64,000 nt of DNA from an uncultured Treponema sp. Lineage in GTDB: Bacteria > Spirochaetota > Spirochaetia > Treponematales > Treponemataceae. The notes beneath the pieces were generated by a model. It saw only the letters and a list, made by a program, of their open reading frames with translations, was not told the origin of the DNA and did no database searches. Shown here one piece after another: positions 44,897 to 55,008 of this stretch; positions within the stretch are counted from its first letter, which is position 1, and each line of letters opens with the position of its first letter. The stretch lies in NCBI GenBank assembly GCA_937876905.1, contig CALEFI010000003.1, positions 6,541-70,540 on the forward strand. Direction: 5' to 3'. The translations under genes were made by a program, and so were the position numbers.

Positions 44897-45927
44897 TGCA
44901 CCTGAGCCCTGGCCGTTTCCTGTCCCTCCACCAGCAGGACCAGCTGGCTTCCCTTGGGCAGGGCGTAGGGCACGGTCAGTTGACCACCAGGATGTGCAAA
45001 GCTGGTGAGGGTGCTCTGCTGGCCGTCAGGGGTGACGACCTGCACCTGCATGTTCAGGGCATAGGGATAGGCCGGCAGCTCGACGCTGAAGATGCCGTAG
45101 CTGTTGCCATCCACTGGCTGGGACGGAAAGGCAAACTCTGCCGCCAGTCTGCCATAGTTGGGGATGGATTCCCCGGCTGAGGCTTGTGACACGATGGTCC
45201 CCGCCTTGCTACCAGCAAGCTCCTCCTCCGTGGCGGGACGGGCGGTAAAGTCAAAGGCAATCTTGCTACGGCTCATCTGGGCAAGAATTTCCGCAACCGC
45301 CATGCCCACAAGGTCGGGAACAGGGGTCTGCTCATAGTTGGGGCCACGGCTTACCACTAGGTCCAGCTCCACCGCTTGGGAAATCTCCGTGCCGGGAGGG
45401 GGATTTTGGGCCAGGATGGTTCCCGCCTTCGACCCGTCAGCCTTGTAGAGGATGTCTCCCACAGTGACAAGGAGTCGGCTGCTGGCAAAAAGGGTCTGAA
45501 GCTCGATTTGCAGGTCATCCAGCGTCATGCCCGTATAGTCCGCAACCTGATTCAGCACCGCTCCACGGCTCACCACCAGGTTGATGCGGCGGGTGGCCTT
45601 GACAATGGTGCCCGGCACGGGATTCTGCTCCAGAATGACCCCCTTGTCGCCGGGGTCGCTGGAATATCGCAGCTGGATTTTGGGATACAGCTCCCGCACC
45701 TGCATTTCCAGCAGGCCCTCCTCCAGCGGCAAGCCGGTGACATCGGGAACCAGCACCTCCTCTTGTCCCCTGACCCACAGAAAGAAGACAAAGATGGCTA
45801 CAGCCATCATCACCATGATTGCGGTGAGGCAGAGGAAGAAAATTCCCCTAGTGGTAATCTGCCCGTCGTCTGAGTCAGGCTGAATGGGAATCCTCAGTTT
45901 TGCACGTATCTTTTTTTGCTCTTTCAT
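44893..45927 (-). CDS. Membrane-anchored PASTA-repeat protein
   Basis: One N-terminal TM helix followed by three VPDVTG/VADYTG/VPDLVG-initiated PASTA-like repeats. Confidence 0.65.
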   Translation of the reverse strand: MKEQKKIRAKLRIPIQPDSDDGQITTRGIFFLCLTAIMVMMAVAIFVFFLWVRGQEEVLVPDVTGLPLEEGLLEMQVRELYPKIQLRYSSDPGDKGVILEQNPVPGTIVKATRRINLVVSRGAVLNQVADYTGMTLDDLQIELQTLFASSRLLVTVGDILYKADGSKAGTILAQNPPPGTEISQAVELDLVVSRGPNYEQTPVPDLVGMAVAEILAQMSRSKIAFDFTARPATEEELAGSKAGTIVSQASAGESIPNYGRLAAEFAFPSQPVDGNSYGIFSVELPAYPYALNMQVQVVTPDGQQSTLTSFAHPGGQLTVPYALPKGSQLVLLVEGQETARAQVQ

Positions 45928-45944
45928 GGCCTCTTGTCCTTTCG

Positions 45945-46967
45945 TTAGCTTGGTTCAGTAATGAATTGAGTACAACAACAACCGACGAGACTGCCGCTCC
46001 CGTTCATAAAGTCCTTCCAATTCATAGCCTTCTTGGCCTGCCACTGGAGGTTCGTGATGCACAGTATCCCGTCGCCAGTCTGCACCAGGATTCCCGCCGA
46101 CTTGTCCACCCCAAGGACGGTTCCGGGGGCAGGCGGAGCCGGGTAGTCAGACCGAATCTGGGGCGGAAGCTCCCCTGTATACACTGCCGTCCGGTGAATC
46201 TTGAGCGTACTGCCTTGGGCACAGGTAAAGGCTCCCGGCCAGGGAGTAAAGGCCCTGACCCTGGCATCAATGGCGGCGGCGGAGTCGCTCCAGCAAATAC
46301 AGCCCTCCTCCTTTCGCAGCATCTGGCAGTAGGTGGCCTTTTCTCCCTCCTGGGGAACACCCTCCGGCAGGGTTCCAGCCTTGACCGCCGCAGTCACCAG
46401 CTCCTCCAGCTGGCGGGAACCGATTTCAGCAGCCTTCAGCAGCAGGGAGTCGGCGGTTTCCGTGCCATCCAGTGGCAGCACCACCTGCGAGAGAATATTG
46501 CCGCTGTCCATCTCCAGAGCAATCTTCTGCAGGGTAACGCCGGTCTGTGACTGCCGGTCCAAAATGGCTGCGGGAATGGGGGCACAGCCCCGATACAGGG
46601 GAAGCAGCGAGGGATGCAGGTTGACCCCGCCCATGGGGAAAAGGGACAGAAACCTTGGTCCGAAAATCCTTCCGTAGGCAAAGCAAACCAAAAGGTCAGG
46701 CTTGAGGGCAACCACCGCATCACGGGCGGCTGCATCAAGCTTTTCCGGGGTGAGCACGGGGATGGAAACACCAAGCTCCGATTCCAGCTGGCGGGCAGCC
46801 TGCGCCACCGGCGTAGGAATCAGCGTCTTGCTGCGGCCCTGGGCTGAAGGCGGATTGGTCAGTACGCCCACAAGAACAAATTCGGTTCCATGGGCGGCCG
46901 CCCGTGCCAGGTGCAGCAGCGGAATGGCTGCCGCCTCCGGGCTCCCTGCGTAGAGAATCCGAATCAC
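45945..46967 (-). CDS. fmt: Methionyl-tRNA formyltransferase
   Basis: MIRILYAGSPE..., NLHPSLLPLYRG, and the def-fmt gene order. Confidence 0.9.
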   Translation of the reverse strand: MIRILYAGSPEAAAIPLLHLARAAAHGTEFVLVGVLTNPPSAQGRSKTLIPTPVAQAARQLESELGVSIPVLTPEKLDAAARDAVVALKPDLLVCFAYGRIFGPRFLSLFPMGGVNLHPSLLPLYRGCAPIPAAILDRQSQTGVTLQKIALEMDSGNILSQVVLPLDGTETADSLLLKAAEIGSRQLEELVTAAVKAGTLPEGVPQEGEKATYCQMLRKEEGCICWSDSAAAIDARVRAFTPWPGAFTCAQGSTLKIHRTAVYTGELPPQIRSDYPAPPAPGTVLGVDKSAGILVQTGDGILCITNLQWQAKKAMNWKDFMNGSGSLVGCCCTQFITEPS

Positions 46968-47527
46968 TAGGCTCCCGCCCTCCGTGCCTTCTTCGCAGCA
47001 ATTTTTGCAGCCTTGGCAGCCCGTGCGGCCTCCTTTTCTGCCCTGCGAGCGGCCCTGCGCTCAAATTGCTGCACAATCTTTTCCTTGAAGCCTGGATCAC
47101 CCCGGTCGATGTAGAGGATGCCCTCCAGATGGTCGTACTCATGCTGGATAACACGGGCCAAAAAGCCCTCTGCCTCCAGCACAAAGGGGCGGCCATGCTC
47201 GTTCAGCGCCTGCACAGTTATTTTTGCTGGCCGGGATATTTTTTCGTACACGTCGGGAATGCTCAGACAGCCCTCTTCATAGTCGCACATTTCCTGGGAG
47301 GTGGACACAATCTGCGGATTGATAAAAACCCGGCGCACCTCGTCGTCGGCAACCACGACAAAGAAACGCCGCAAGATTCCCACCTGCGGTGCGGCCAGCC
47401 CAACGCCACCACTCTCTTCCATGGTGTCAAACATAGCCTGGATGGTGGAGCGCAGTTCGTCGTTCACTTCTTCCACCGGCAGCGACTTTTGCCTCAGCAA
47501 GTCCTGCCCAAGATGCAAAATTTCCAT
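46967..47527 (-). CDS. def: Peptide deformylase with a Lys/Ala-rich C-terminal tail
   Basis: GVGLAAPQVG, EGCLSIP, HEYDHLEG. The start is uncertain (47527, 47536 or 47563). Confidence 0.85.
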   Translation of the reverse strand: MEILHLGQDLLRQKSLPVEEVNDELRSTIQAMFDTMEESGGVGLAAPQVGILRRFFVVVADDEVRRVFINPQIVSTSQEMCDYEEGCLSIPDVYEKISRPAKITVQALNEHGRPFVLEAEGFLARVIQHEYDHLEGILYIDRGDPGFKEKIVQQFERRAARRAEKEAARAAKAAKIAAKKARRAGA

Positions 47528-47616
47528 ATATTGCATGGTATAAAAAGCGGGGGCTAAAGTCAAGGATGGGGCTTGCCTCCCTTTTACAATTATGCTGAGC
47601 CTGCTATACTGTGCCC

Positions 47617-49341
47617 ATGATTGCAGAGGCCACCATCACCCTGCGTGATGCGCAGGATGCGGAAAACCCGCCGGAAAAATTGGTTCGCCGCCAACTGGCT
47701 GCTGTCCTGGGATGCAGCCAGCGGGAAATCAACGGCTTTATACTGAAGAAAAAGTCCTTGGATGCCCGCCACGGCAGGGTAAAATTCCACCTGCGCTACC
47801 AAGTCTTTACTGGTTCAGACAAGCCCGACTCGGTGCCACCCGCCCCTCTGGAGTACAAGCCCTGCCCTCCTGATGGGCCGCAGGTGGTGGTGGTAGGCTC
47901 CGGGCCTGCGGGACTTTTTGCCGCCCTCAAGCTGATTCAATCAGGTGTGCGGCCAATCCTGCTGGAGCGAGGGAACCCCGCTCCCTGGCGGAAGCGGGAC
48001 ATTGCCGCAGTCAGCACCCGCCACGAGGTAAACCCCGACTCAAACTATTGCTTTGGAGAGGGCGGAGCCGGCACCTTTTCGGACGGCAAGCTCTACACCC
48101 GCTCTGGCAAACGTGGCAATGTGGAGGGTATCCTCCGGGTCTTCCACCACTTTGGAGCCGACTCCCAGATTCTCACCGACTCCCACCCCCACATCGGTAC
48201 CGACCGCCTTCCTTCCGTCATCCAGGCCATGACAACGACAATCCTACGCTGCGGCGGACAGGTGCATTTTGGCTGCCGTTGCACCGGCCTTTTGTTTGAT
48301 GCGAACTCCCGCCGGGTAGTGGGTGTTGAGGCGGTGGACCTGTTGCTGGAAGGACAGCCAGGCAGTGCAGGAGAGGCACCTTCTAGCCCACGCCAGTTTT
48401 ATGGCGAGGCCGTAATCCTTGCCACTGGGCATTCCGCCACCGATGTGTACCAGTTCCTTGCCCGTCAGCTGCCCGCAGCCTTGGAGGAAAAGACCTTTGC
48501 CATGGGCCTGCGGGTGGAGCACCCCCGGCACGTCATCGACAACATCCAGTTCCACGGAGCCCAAAAGAAGGTACGGCTGGGGGCAGCGGAATACCGGCTG
48601 GTAGCCCAGGTGGAGGAGCGGGGAGTGTACTCATTCTGCATGTGTCCCGGCGGCCTCGTGGTGCCTTCCTCAAGCTGTCAGGAGGGGCTGGTAGTAAACG
48701 GTATGTCCCCTTCCAGCCGTGGGGGCAGGTGGAGCAACGCCGCCATTGTGGTGGAGATACATCCCCAGGACTTTGACCTTGTGATTGCCCAGCTGGAGGA
48801 AGCCCTTGCAGAGATTGGCATTGATGTGGCGGCAGCCGTAGCCGCCTGCGGACTGGAGCCTCCCCCGCTGAATGAGGATGAAATGAGCAGTGGACAGGGA
48901 CGCGGACTGTATCTCAGAACCCTGCTGGAAGTCCTGACCAAGGCCCACGGCCAAGGACAACAGGCTCCCGCCCAGCTTTTGGTAGACTTTCTGGAAAAAA
49001 GGGAAAGCGCCGCCCTACCCCGCTCCAGCTATGCGCCGGGCCTAGTGGCCTCCCGCCTGGACCAGTGGCTGCCACCCTATCTGAGCCAACGCCTCAGAAT
49101 CGCCTTTGGCGAATTCAACAAGAAGATGCGAGGCTTTGTGTGCCAGGAGGCCGTGCTGATTGCGGCGGAAACCCGCACCTCCACCCCGATCCGCATCCTT
49201 CGGAGTCCAGACACCCTGGAATGCAGGGCGGCGGCGGGCTTATATCCTGCAGGAGAGGGGTCAGGATATTCCGGGGGAATCGTGTCCTCCGCCATGGACG
49301 GGGAGGCCGTGGCCGCTGCCATCATCAGGAAGCTGGGGTAG
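47617..49341 (+). CDS. FAD-dependent protein (COG2509-like NAD(FAD)-utilising dehydrogenase)
   Basis: VVVVGSGPAGLFAALKL, GEGGAGTFSDGKL, and the C-terminal YPAGEGSGYSGGI. Confidence 0.75.
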   Translation: MIAEATITLRDAQDAENPPEKLVRRQLAAVLGCSQREINGFILKKKSLDARHGRVKFHLRYQVFTGSDKPDSVPPAPLEYKPCPPDGPQVVVVGSGPAGLFAALKLIQSGVRPILLERGNPAPWRKRDIAAVSTRHEVNPDSNYCFGEGGAGTFSDGKLYTRSGKRGNVEGILRVFHHFGADSQILTDSHPHIGTDRLPSVIQAMTTTILRCGGQVHFGCRCTGLLFDANSRRVVGVEAVDLLLEGQPGSAGEAPSSPRQFYGEAVILATGHSATDVYQFLARQLPAALEEKTFAMGLRVEHPRHVIDNIQFHGAQKKVRLGAAEYRLVAQVEERGVYSFCMCPGGLVVPSSSCQEGLVVNGMSPSSRGGRWSNAAIVVEIHPQDFDLVIAQLEEALAEIGIDVAAAVAACGLEPPPLNEDEMSSGQGRGLYLRTLLEVLTKAHGQGQQAPAQLLVDFLEKRESAALPRSSYAPGLVASRLDQWLPPYLSQRLRIAFGEFNKKMRGFVCQEAVLIAAETRTSTPIRILRSPDTLECRAAAGLYPAGEGSGYSGGIVSSAMDGEAVAAAIIRKLG

Positions 49342-49421
49342 ATGGCTTTGAAAGGGGGAAAAAATCACAAAAAAGTGCTTCCCGTATGTGTTTTTTTGGA
49401 GTATAATACGATATTGTAGGT

Positions 49422-51105
49422 ATGATTGAGATGAGAAAGACTTTTGCAGGACTTATATGCCTTGTCGCACTCCCGTTCCTCGCCCACAGCCAGACAGCCG
49501 TTCCGGTGGTGAAGGAACACTTCCCCATTAGGGAGCTGGCATGGGACTCCACGGACCGGCTGTTTGCCTACATGGAGCGGGACACCATCCTCCTGCGGAG
49601 CTCGTCCGGCTACGACATGCTGGGAACCGTAGAGTTCCCCGGAGTGCTTGGCTTCTCCCTATACCATGAGGACGAATCCGACGTGCAGATAATAGCCGGA
49701 GCCGCCGACGGAACCCTCGCCGTCTGGTCAGTCCCTTCCTTAAATCCCCCCCCCCCTATATCTGACCGATCCTGAGTCGGAACGAGGCGACCTTCCGCCC
49801 CACTTCATAACCACCGCCACAGAAGCCATGGACGTGCTGGCGTTCAGCGGCAATGCGAACTATATCGCCGGACATCTTGTCGGGGATGCCAGCATCGGGA
49901 TTCACTTCAGGCTGCGCTACACCAACGAACTGGTCTCCAAGAACATAGAGGACTACCCTTCCCCCGTATACGGCATGGCGTTCAGCTCCGACAACGCATA
50001 CCTGGCGGCTGCCTCACTGGACGGGGTGGTACGCATCTGGAGCAGCGAGACCGGGCGGTTCCAACGGGAGCTTCCCATCTACACCCGGAACAGCGTCCCC
50101 GTCTCCTACATCCCCGGCACATACAACCTCCTCGTCCCCTCCGGCCAGGCAGTCGCCGCCGTCATCGACCCGACAGGCCACGAGCTGATGCGGATCGAGG
50201 CCCGAAGCCCAATCCGCCAGATGCGGCTACTGTCCGACAGCAGAAGGGTGGCCATACTTACCGAGGAGAACCGGCTGGAGATATATGACCTGGCCAAGGG
50301 GAAGCATCTCGGATACCTCCCCTCCTTCAACGTCACCAGCATCACCTCCTTCGCCTTCAACTCCGACGACAGCCATGTCCTGATGGGGCATGAGGACGGC
50401 TCCATCTACAAGGTGGCGGTGAGGAAAAACCTCATCGCAGCTAGGAACATGCCGGTGCTCCGCCTGATTGGTGAGGACGAGGTGGTGGTGAAGGGGGAGA
50501 GGTTCACCGAGAGGATTCCCCAGCCCGTCCTGTACCAAGCGGAGGAGACCATTCCGGACGTGGACGGGCTGAACCCCCTGTTCAAGAAGCCCGTCCACGG
50601 GCTGGAGCTGCTGGCGGGAACCACCTTCCTGCCCGACCCGCACCTGGTGGGAATAGACTTGAGCGCCGGCTACCTCAACAACATCCTGCTGCACCCCTTC
50701 TACCTGGGGGCCCACTTCACCTGGTCCGTGGGACTGCCCGACAAGGACTTCCCCTACGAGTATGAGGTTTATGGGAAGAAGGTTGCCTCGCCCCTGCTGC
50801 TCTCGTTTGCGCTGGGAATACCCTTCGGCATCATCCTGACCCCCTTCGAGGCGAACCGGGACATAGAGCTGTCCGCAGAGGTAAACCTGGGCTCTGCCCT
50901 GCACTACCTGTGGAACAGGGAGTTCGGGAGCAAGACCATATCCAGCCACGTGTACCCAGCCTTCGTGGGCTCCCTGGCCCTGGGCGTGGGCTGGCGGGGG
51001 CTCACCTTCCGGGTACACGGCGACTACAACACCCAGCTGGGCTTTATGTTCAGCATGAACCTGGGATATACATTCACCTTCCCCTCAAGGGGGCGGGACA
51101 ACTGA
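49422..51105 (+). pseudogene. WD40-repeat plus C-terminal beta-barrel-like surface protein, split into two ORFs at a poly(C) tract (phase-off state, pseudogene or homopolymer sequencing error)
   Basis: ORF 49422-49775 has a signal peptide and a WD-like repeat ending DGTLAVWSV. ORF 49828-51105 has further WD-like repeats (LDGVVRIWS, HEDGSIYKV). Removing one C from the C11 tract joins the two frames with no intervening stop. Confidence 0.65.
49746..49756 (+). repeat. Homopolymeric C11 tract
   Basis: Counted directly: 5 C at 49746-49750 plus 6 C at 49751-49756. Confidence 0.9.
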
Positions 51106-51121
51106 CGCAAGGAGGAAAACC

Positions 51122-51616
51122 ATGGGGAAACGGACGCATTTTCGGGCAGCAGTGCTGCTTGTCCCTCTGCTGGCAGGATGCTATGCGGGAGTCGGCCATA
51201 TCTTGGAGGAGGACTACAACCCACGCTTCACCGTGATACCGCTGACGGTGCAGGCTCCAGCCCCGCAGCCACAAACACCGCCCCAGCCCCAGACGCAAGC
51301 GGGCAACACAAGTCAGGGAGGGGCGGCAGAAGGCAACTTCTGTTCCGTAAACCTGCAGATAACCTTCGTAGAGAGTGACGTGCAGAAGATAAAGCAGAAC
51401 GGCTACACGGTAACGATCTCCCTGTACGACAAAGCGACAGGGGTGGTCGTCCGGGATGCTGACGGAAGGACCACCGAACAGACTGTGGACACGAGCCAGC
51501 TACCCAAGGTGCGCTACGCCGTGGACAAGGTTCCGCCAGGGATGTACCAACTGCGGATAACCATCACTGACGGAAAAGACAGAACCTGGATTCATGCTGA
51601 TGACATCTACATCTGA
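51122..51616 (+). CDS. Lipoprotein (modular family, member 1)
   Basis: MGKRTHFRAAVLLVPLLAGC lipobox followed by a PQ-rich linker. RBS AAGGAGG. Confidence 0.7.
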   Translation: MGKRTHFRAAVLLVPLLAGCYAGVGHILEEDYNPRFTVIPLTVQAPAPQPQTPPQPQTQAGNTSQGGAAEGNFCSVNLQITFVESDVQKIKQNGYTVTISLYDKATGVVVRDADGRTTEQTVDTSQLPKVRYAVDKVPPGMYQLRITITDGKDRTWIHADDIYI

Positions 51617-51641
51617 AAGAATTTAGTTAAGGAGGAAAACC

Positions 51642-52151
51642 ATGAGGAAACGGACGCATTTTCGGGCGGCCGTGCTGCTTGTCCCGCTGCTGGCAGGATG
51701 CTATGCGGGAGTCGGACACATGCTGGAGGAGGACTACAACCCACGCTTCACCGTGATGCCGCCGACGGTGCAGGCTCCAGCCCCGCAACCACAGCCACAA
51801 CCCCAATACCAGGGTTTCCTGCTACACAAAAAACCTGGGTGGGGGTTTTCATGTTCCTTGAGATCATCTCCTACCGGGAACAGTAGAGACCTTGTAGAGT
51901 TCAAAGACCTTCCTGTTCCTATTCCTGCTGATGCTGTATTTACGATTATAGACTACTTTACTGGACAGGAGATTAAGTTGGACAGCAGCTATTATAACCA
52001 TGACACCAAAACGCTTTATCTTTACCCCGGAGAGTGGGGACTGCAAGAGACCTATTCGTATCCAGGCATCGACCACACACTTGTAATGACAGGGACACTG
52101 GATGATGGCACCCGTGTCCGTGGCACTTGCCCGCTTGCTGTCACACCATAG
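51642..52151 (+). CDS. Lipoprotein (modular family, member 2)
   Basis: MRKRTHFRAAVLLVPLLAGC. The first ~50 aa are near-identical to member 1, and the C-terminal domain is unrelated. Confidence 0.7.
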   Translation: MRKRTHFRAAVLLVPLLAGCYAGVGHMLEEDYNPRFTVMPPTVQAPAPQPQPQPQYQGFLLHKKPGWGFSCSLRSSPTGNSRDLVEFKDLPVPIPADAVFTIIDYFTGQEIKLDSSYYNHDTKTLYLYPGEWGLQETYSYPGIDHTLVMTGTLDDGTRVRGTCPLAVTP

Positions 52152-52166
52152 CAAGGAGGACTTGCA

Positions 52167-52937
52167 ATGAAAAACACTGTATTATCTTTGGTGTGCATAC
52201 TGGTGGTGCTGGCCACCGGCTGCCCGAACCAGCAGCAGGTAAACGCCAGACGAGGGGCAGCCCATGCCCCCATCCTGAACGCTGGCGACAATGCGGCGGA
52301 CGACAGCCCTTCGGTCAGCGAGCCAATTCCGCTGATGGCTCCCGTCGGCTTTACGGAAGAGACCATCCTGGTCAAGCTCACCGATACAGCCGACAAGCCC
52401 CAGTTTTCCTTGCAGGACTCCATGAAAAACGCAACCACCAACTTGACGGAAATGAATGCAGTGGGATTTGGAAAGCTGGAGAAGGACATGGACAAGGACG
52501 GATACTACGCAATCAGCGTGCCGTGGCCAGATGCCAACAAATGGCTGCATGTCACGGCCGGAACCGAGATTGACGGGGAATTCAAGGAGGGAGTGCTAAT
52601 TGACATTTTTGGCAACAAGCTTACCGTCACCGAGCTGCGGTTCAGCTTTTTTTATAAGAAACCTCCAAATGCCAACTTCAACAACAATGTTACGACCCTT
52701 GTTGTTGAATCGCAGGCCTCCTATGCCAAGGCGCAGATTGTGGACACCTCACAGTCGATGAAGGTCCGGGTCTTTCCTTATAGTGGTTTTGATAATTTCC
52801 AACTCCGTCTTCAGGTGGAGGCAGACGTGGCAGATGCCACCGGGTATGAGCGGACATTCAGTCAGTTCGTGTACTGCGGCATAAAATACAGTGACCTGCC
52901 AATTCCAAGCTTTTATGAGATGTTCGCAGGATACTGA
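52167..52937 (+). CDS. Lipoprotein, function unknown
   Basis: MKNTVLSLVCILVVLATGC lipobox. Confidence 0.65.
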   Translation: MKNTVLSLVCILVVLATGCPNQQQVNARRGAAHAPILNAGDNAADDSPSVSEPIPLMAPVGFTEETILVKLTDTADKPQFSLQDSMKNATTNLTEMNAVGFGKLEKDMDKDGYYAISVPWPDANKWLHVTAGTEIDGEFKEGVLIDIFGNKLTVTELRFSFFYKKPPNANFNNNVTTLVVESQASYAKAQIVDTSQSMKVRVFPYSGFDNFQLRLQVEADVADATGYERTFSQFVYCGIKYSDLPIPSFYEMFAGY

Positions 52938-53079
52938 CTTCCTGCCATGTCCCATGGGCATGGCGCCCATGGGATTTCTGCAAGGGAGATTCTTCTTCAA
53001 GCCGGTGTTTCCCGCACAGCGTCACAGAGCCTGCGGAGACTCCGGCTTGCGCATGTCTGCCACTGGTGGCGCACCCGCC

Positions 53080-53589
53080 TCAACCCATAAAGGCTAGGAC
53101 GGGCTGCTGCCTCAGACTTCCGATGAAAATCCAGATGAAAAAGCCGCAGAGCACCAGCTTGAGGCCCGTTCCCAGCAGGAAGCCCAGGAAGGCCCCGCCC
53201 GCCGACTTGAGCGCCCGTCCCAGGTTCTTGTGGTCGTGAATCAGCTCTCCGGCCAAGGCTCCCAAAAAGGGGCCAAGGATAATTCCCCAAGGCCCCATGA
53301 ACACACCGGCAATGAGGCCAATGGTGGCTCCCCAGGCTCCGGCCTTGGAGCCTCCCGTCCTCCTTGTCAGGTAGACGGGGATGAGGTTGTCCAGCACCGA
53401 AATGCCGGCGGTGGCCACGCCAGTAATTACCAACAGCAGGGTGGAGATGGTACAATAATGGGAAAAATAGGCGGAAAAAAGTCCGCACCAAGCCAGAATC
53501 ACCCCCGGCAGGATGGGGAGCACGCAGCCCACCGTTCCAACCAGCAGGCAGACAGCCCCAAGAATCGCAAGAAAAATATCTAAACCCAT
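53080..53589 (-). CDS. DUF456-family membrane protein
   Basis: MGLDIFLAILGAVCLLVGTVGCVLPILPG..., with Gly-rich TM helices typical of DUF456. The start was moved to Met 53589. Confidence 0.65.
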   Translation of the reverse strand: MGLDIFLAILGAVCLLVGTVGCVLPILPGVILAWCGLFSAYFSHYCTISTLLLVITGVATAGISVLDNLIPVYLTRRTGGSKAGAWGATIGLIAGVFMGPWGIILGPFLGALAGELIHDHKNLGRALKSAGGAFLGFLLGTGLKLVLCGFFIWIFIGSLRQQPVLAFMG

Positions 53590-53694
53590 GCATTCAATAT
53601 AGCGATTTTTAGTCTCCGCATAAAGGGTCAAAATTCGCCAGGATTTAGCCGGAGTTCCCTGGGCGGACAAGCTCCAATTCCGTCAGGAGGGGAG

Positions 53695-54984
53695 CTAGAG
53701 GGGAAGCTGCAAGGGAAAAAAACGGGGAGTCAGCAGTATGATGCTCAGGCAGGCGACGAGGGTCAGTTTCCAGCCGTACTTGTAGTAGTCGGCAAAGTCG
53801 TAGCCAGCAACCTCCGTCATAGCAATCTGGGAGGCGGCAAGGGGTGTGAGGGCGGCGTAGCTTGCCGCCTGGGTAATGCCGACGGTAAAGGCCATGGGAT
53901 TGTAGCCATAGGTCTCGCACATGGACAGGGCAATGGGCAGGACGATGATGATGGCGGTGGAATTCGTGATGAACTGGCTGATGAGCAGGGTCAGCAGAAC
54001 CAAGACCACATAGCTGACAAGGGGTGAATTCATTTCGCCCAGTGTGCCGATGACTGCCCGGCCAATCAGGTCTCCGGCCCCAGAGTCGGTGAGGGCGTTG
54101 GCAAGGCCCAGGCAGGCAGCAAGGAATATGACGGACTCCCAGTGCAGCTGCCTGACTATGTCCTCCGTGGAGCAAAGTCCCGCAAGGAGGCAGAGCATGG
54201 CGGCGACCATGGCGGTCATGGCGGTGGGAAGAAAGCTGAACACATAGGAGAGGGTCATAAGCACCACGATGACCAGCATGCGGAAGAGCTTCTTCTTGTC
54301 GAAGGTCATCTCACGGAATGCCTTGCTGTCACTGTCCGTACAAAGCTCCACCTCTTCCCGTCCGCCCCATATCCTGATTCCATCCCGAAAGCCCACAAAA
54401 TAGAGGAATATCAGGGACAGTGCCAGGGTGGAAAGCCCCGGTCCGGTGAGCTCCCACATCCCCATTTCCATCCCGCCCATCTTTGACAGGATGGCATTTG
54501 CTGTCAGCTGGGGCGTGGTGCCGATGAGGGTGCTGGCCCCGCCGAACATGGCTGCCAGGGCAATGGGCAGCACGTGGTTCCTCCGCTTCATTTGGGGAGA
54601 TATTCTGCATACGCTGTCGATGATGGGCAAAAAGGCGGCTATCAATGCCGTGTTTGCAAGGAACATGGCCAGGATGCCAGTGAGGGTGCAGCTCAAAAGG
54701 AGGAAGCGTCGCTCGCTGCCTTTGGCAAGGCGGATGGCCAGCCTTCCCAGCAACTGGGCCGCCCCTGTCTTGAACATGGCAATGCCCACAACCATGGCAC
54801 TGGCCATCAGCAGAACTATGCTGTTGGAAAATCCAGAAAAGACCTGCTCAAAGCTGCTGACATCCAACAGGACCATCAGCAGGCATCCCAATATCCCGGT
54901 GGCCGCCGCAGGAATCCACTTGGTGAGAAAGAGGACAACGCAGACGGCCAGGACCAGGAGACCCGTTATCTCCGGTTGAAGCAT
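53695..54984 (-). CDS. Anion permease of the ArsB/NhaD-SLC13 (citrate-transporter-like) superfamily
   Basis: 429 aa, about 10-12 TM helices, two-fold internal symmetry of hydrophobic blocks. Confidence 0.6.
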   Translation of the reverse strand: MLQPEITGLLVLAVCVVLFLTKWIPAAATGILGCLLMVLLDVSSFEQVFSGFSNSIVLLMASAMVVGIAMFKTGAAQLLGRLAIRLAKGSERRFLLLSCTLTGILAMFLANTALIAAFLPIIDSVCRISPQMKRRNHVLPIALAAMFGGASTLIGTTPQLTANAILSKMGGMEMGMWELTGPGLSTLALSLIFLYFVGFRDGIRIWGGREEVELCTDSDSKAFREMTFDKKKLFRMLVIVVLMTLSYVFSFLPTAMTAMVAAMLCLLAGLCSTEDIVRQLHWESVIFLAACLGLANALTDSGAGDLIGRAVIGTLGEMNSPLVSYVVLVLLTLLISQFITNSTAIIIVLPIALSMCETYGYNPMAFTVGITQAASYAALTPLAASQIAMTEVAGYDFADYYKYGWKLTLVACLSIILLTPRFFPLQLPL

Positions 54985-55008
54985 CAGCGGCCCCAGCCTT
55001 GCAAGACC

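Noticed and set aside
52938-53079. Palindromic CCCATGGG...CCCATGGG sequence after the lipoprotein gene, and ORF 52891-53097
   Set aside because: It is most simply a terminator-like hairpin between convergent genes. The ORF has no RBS and an Arg/Pro-rich translation.
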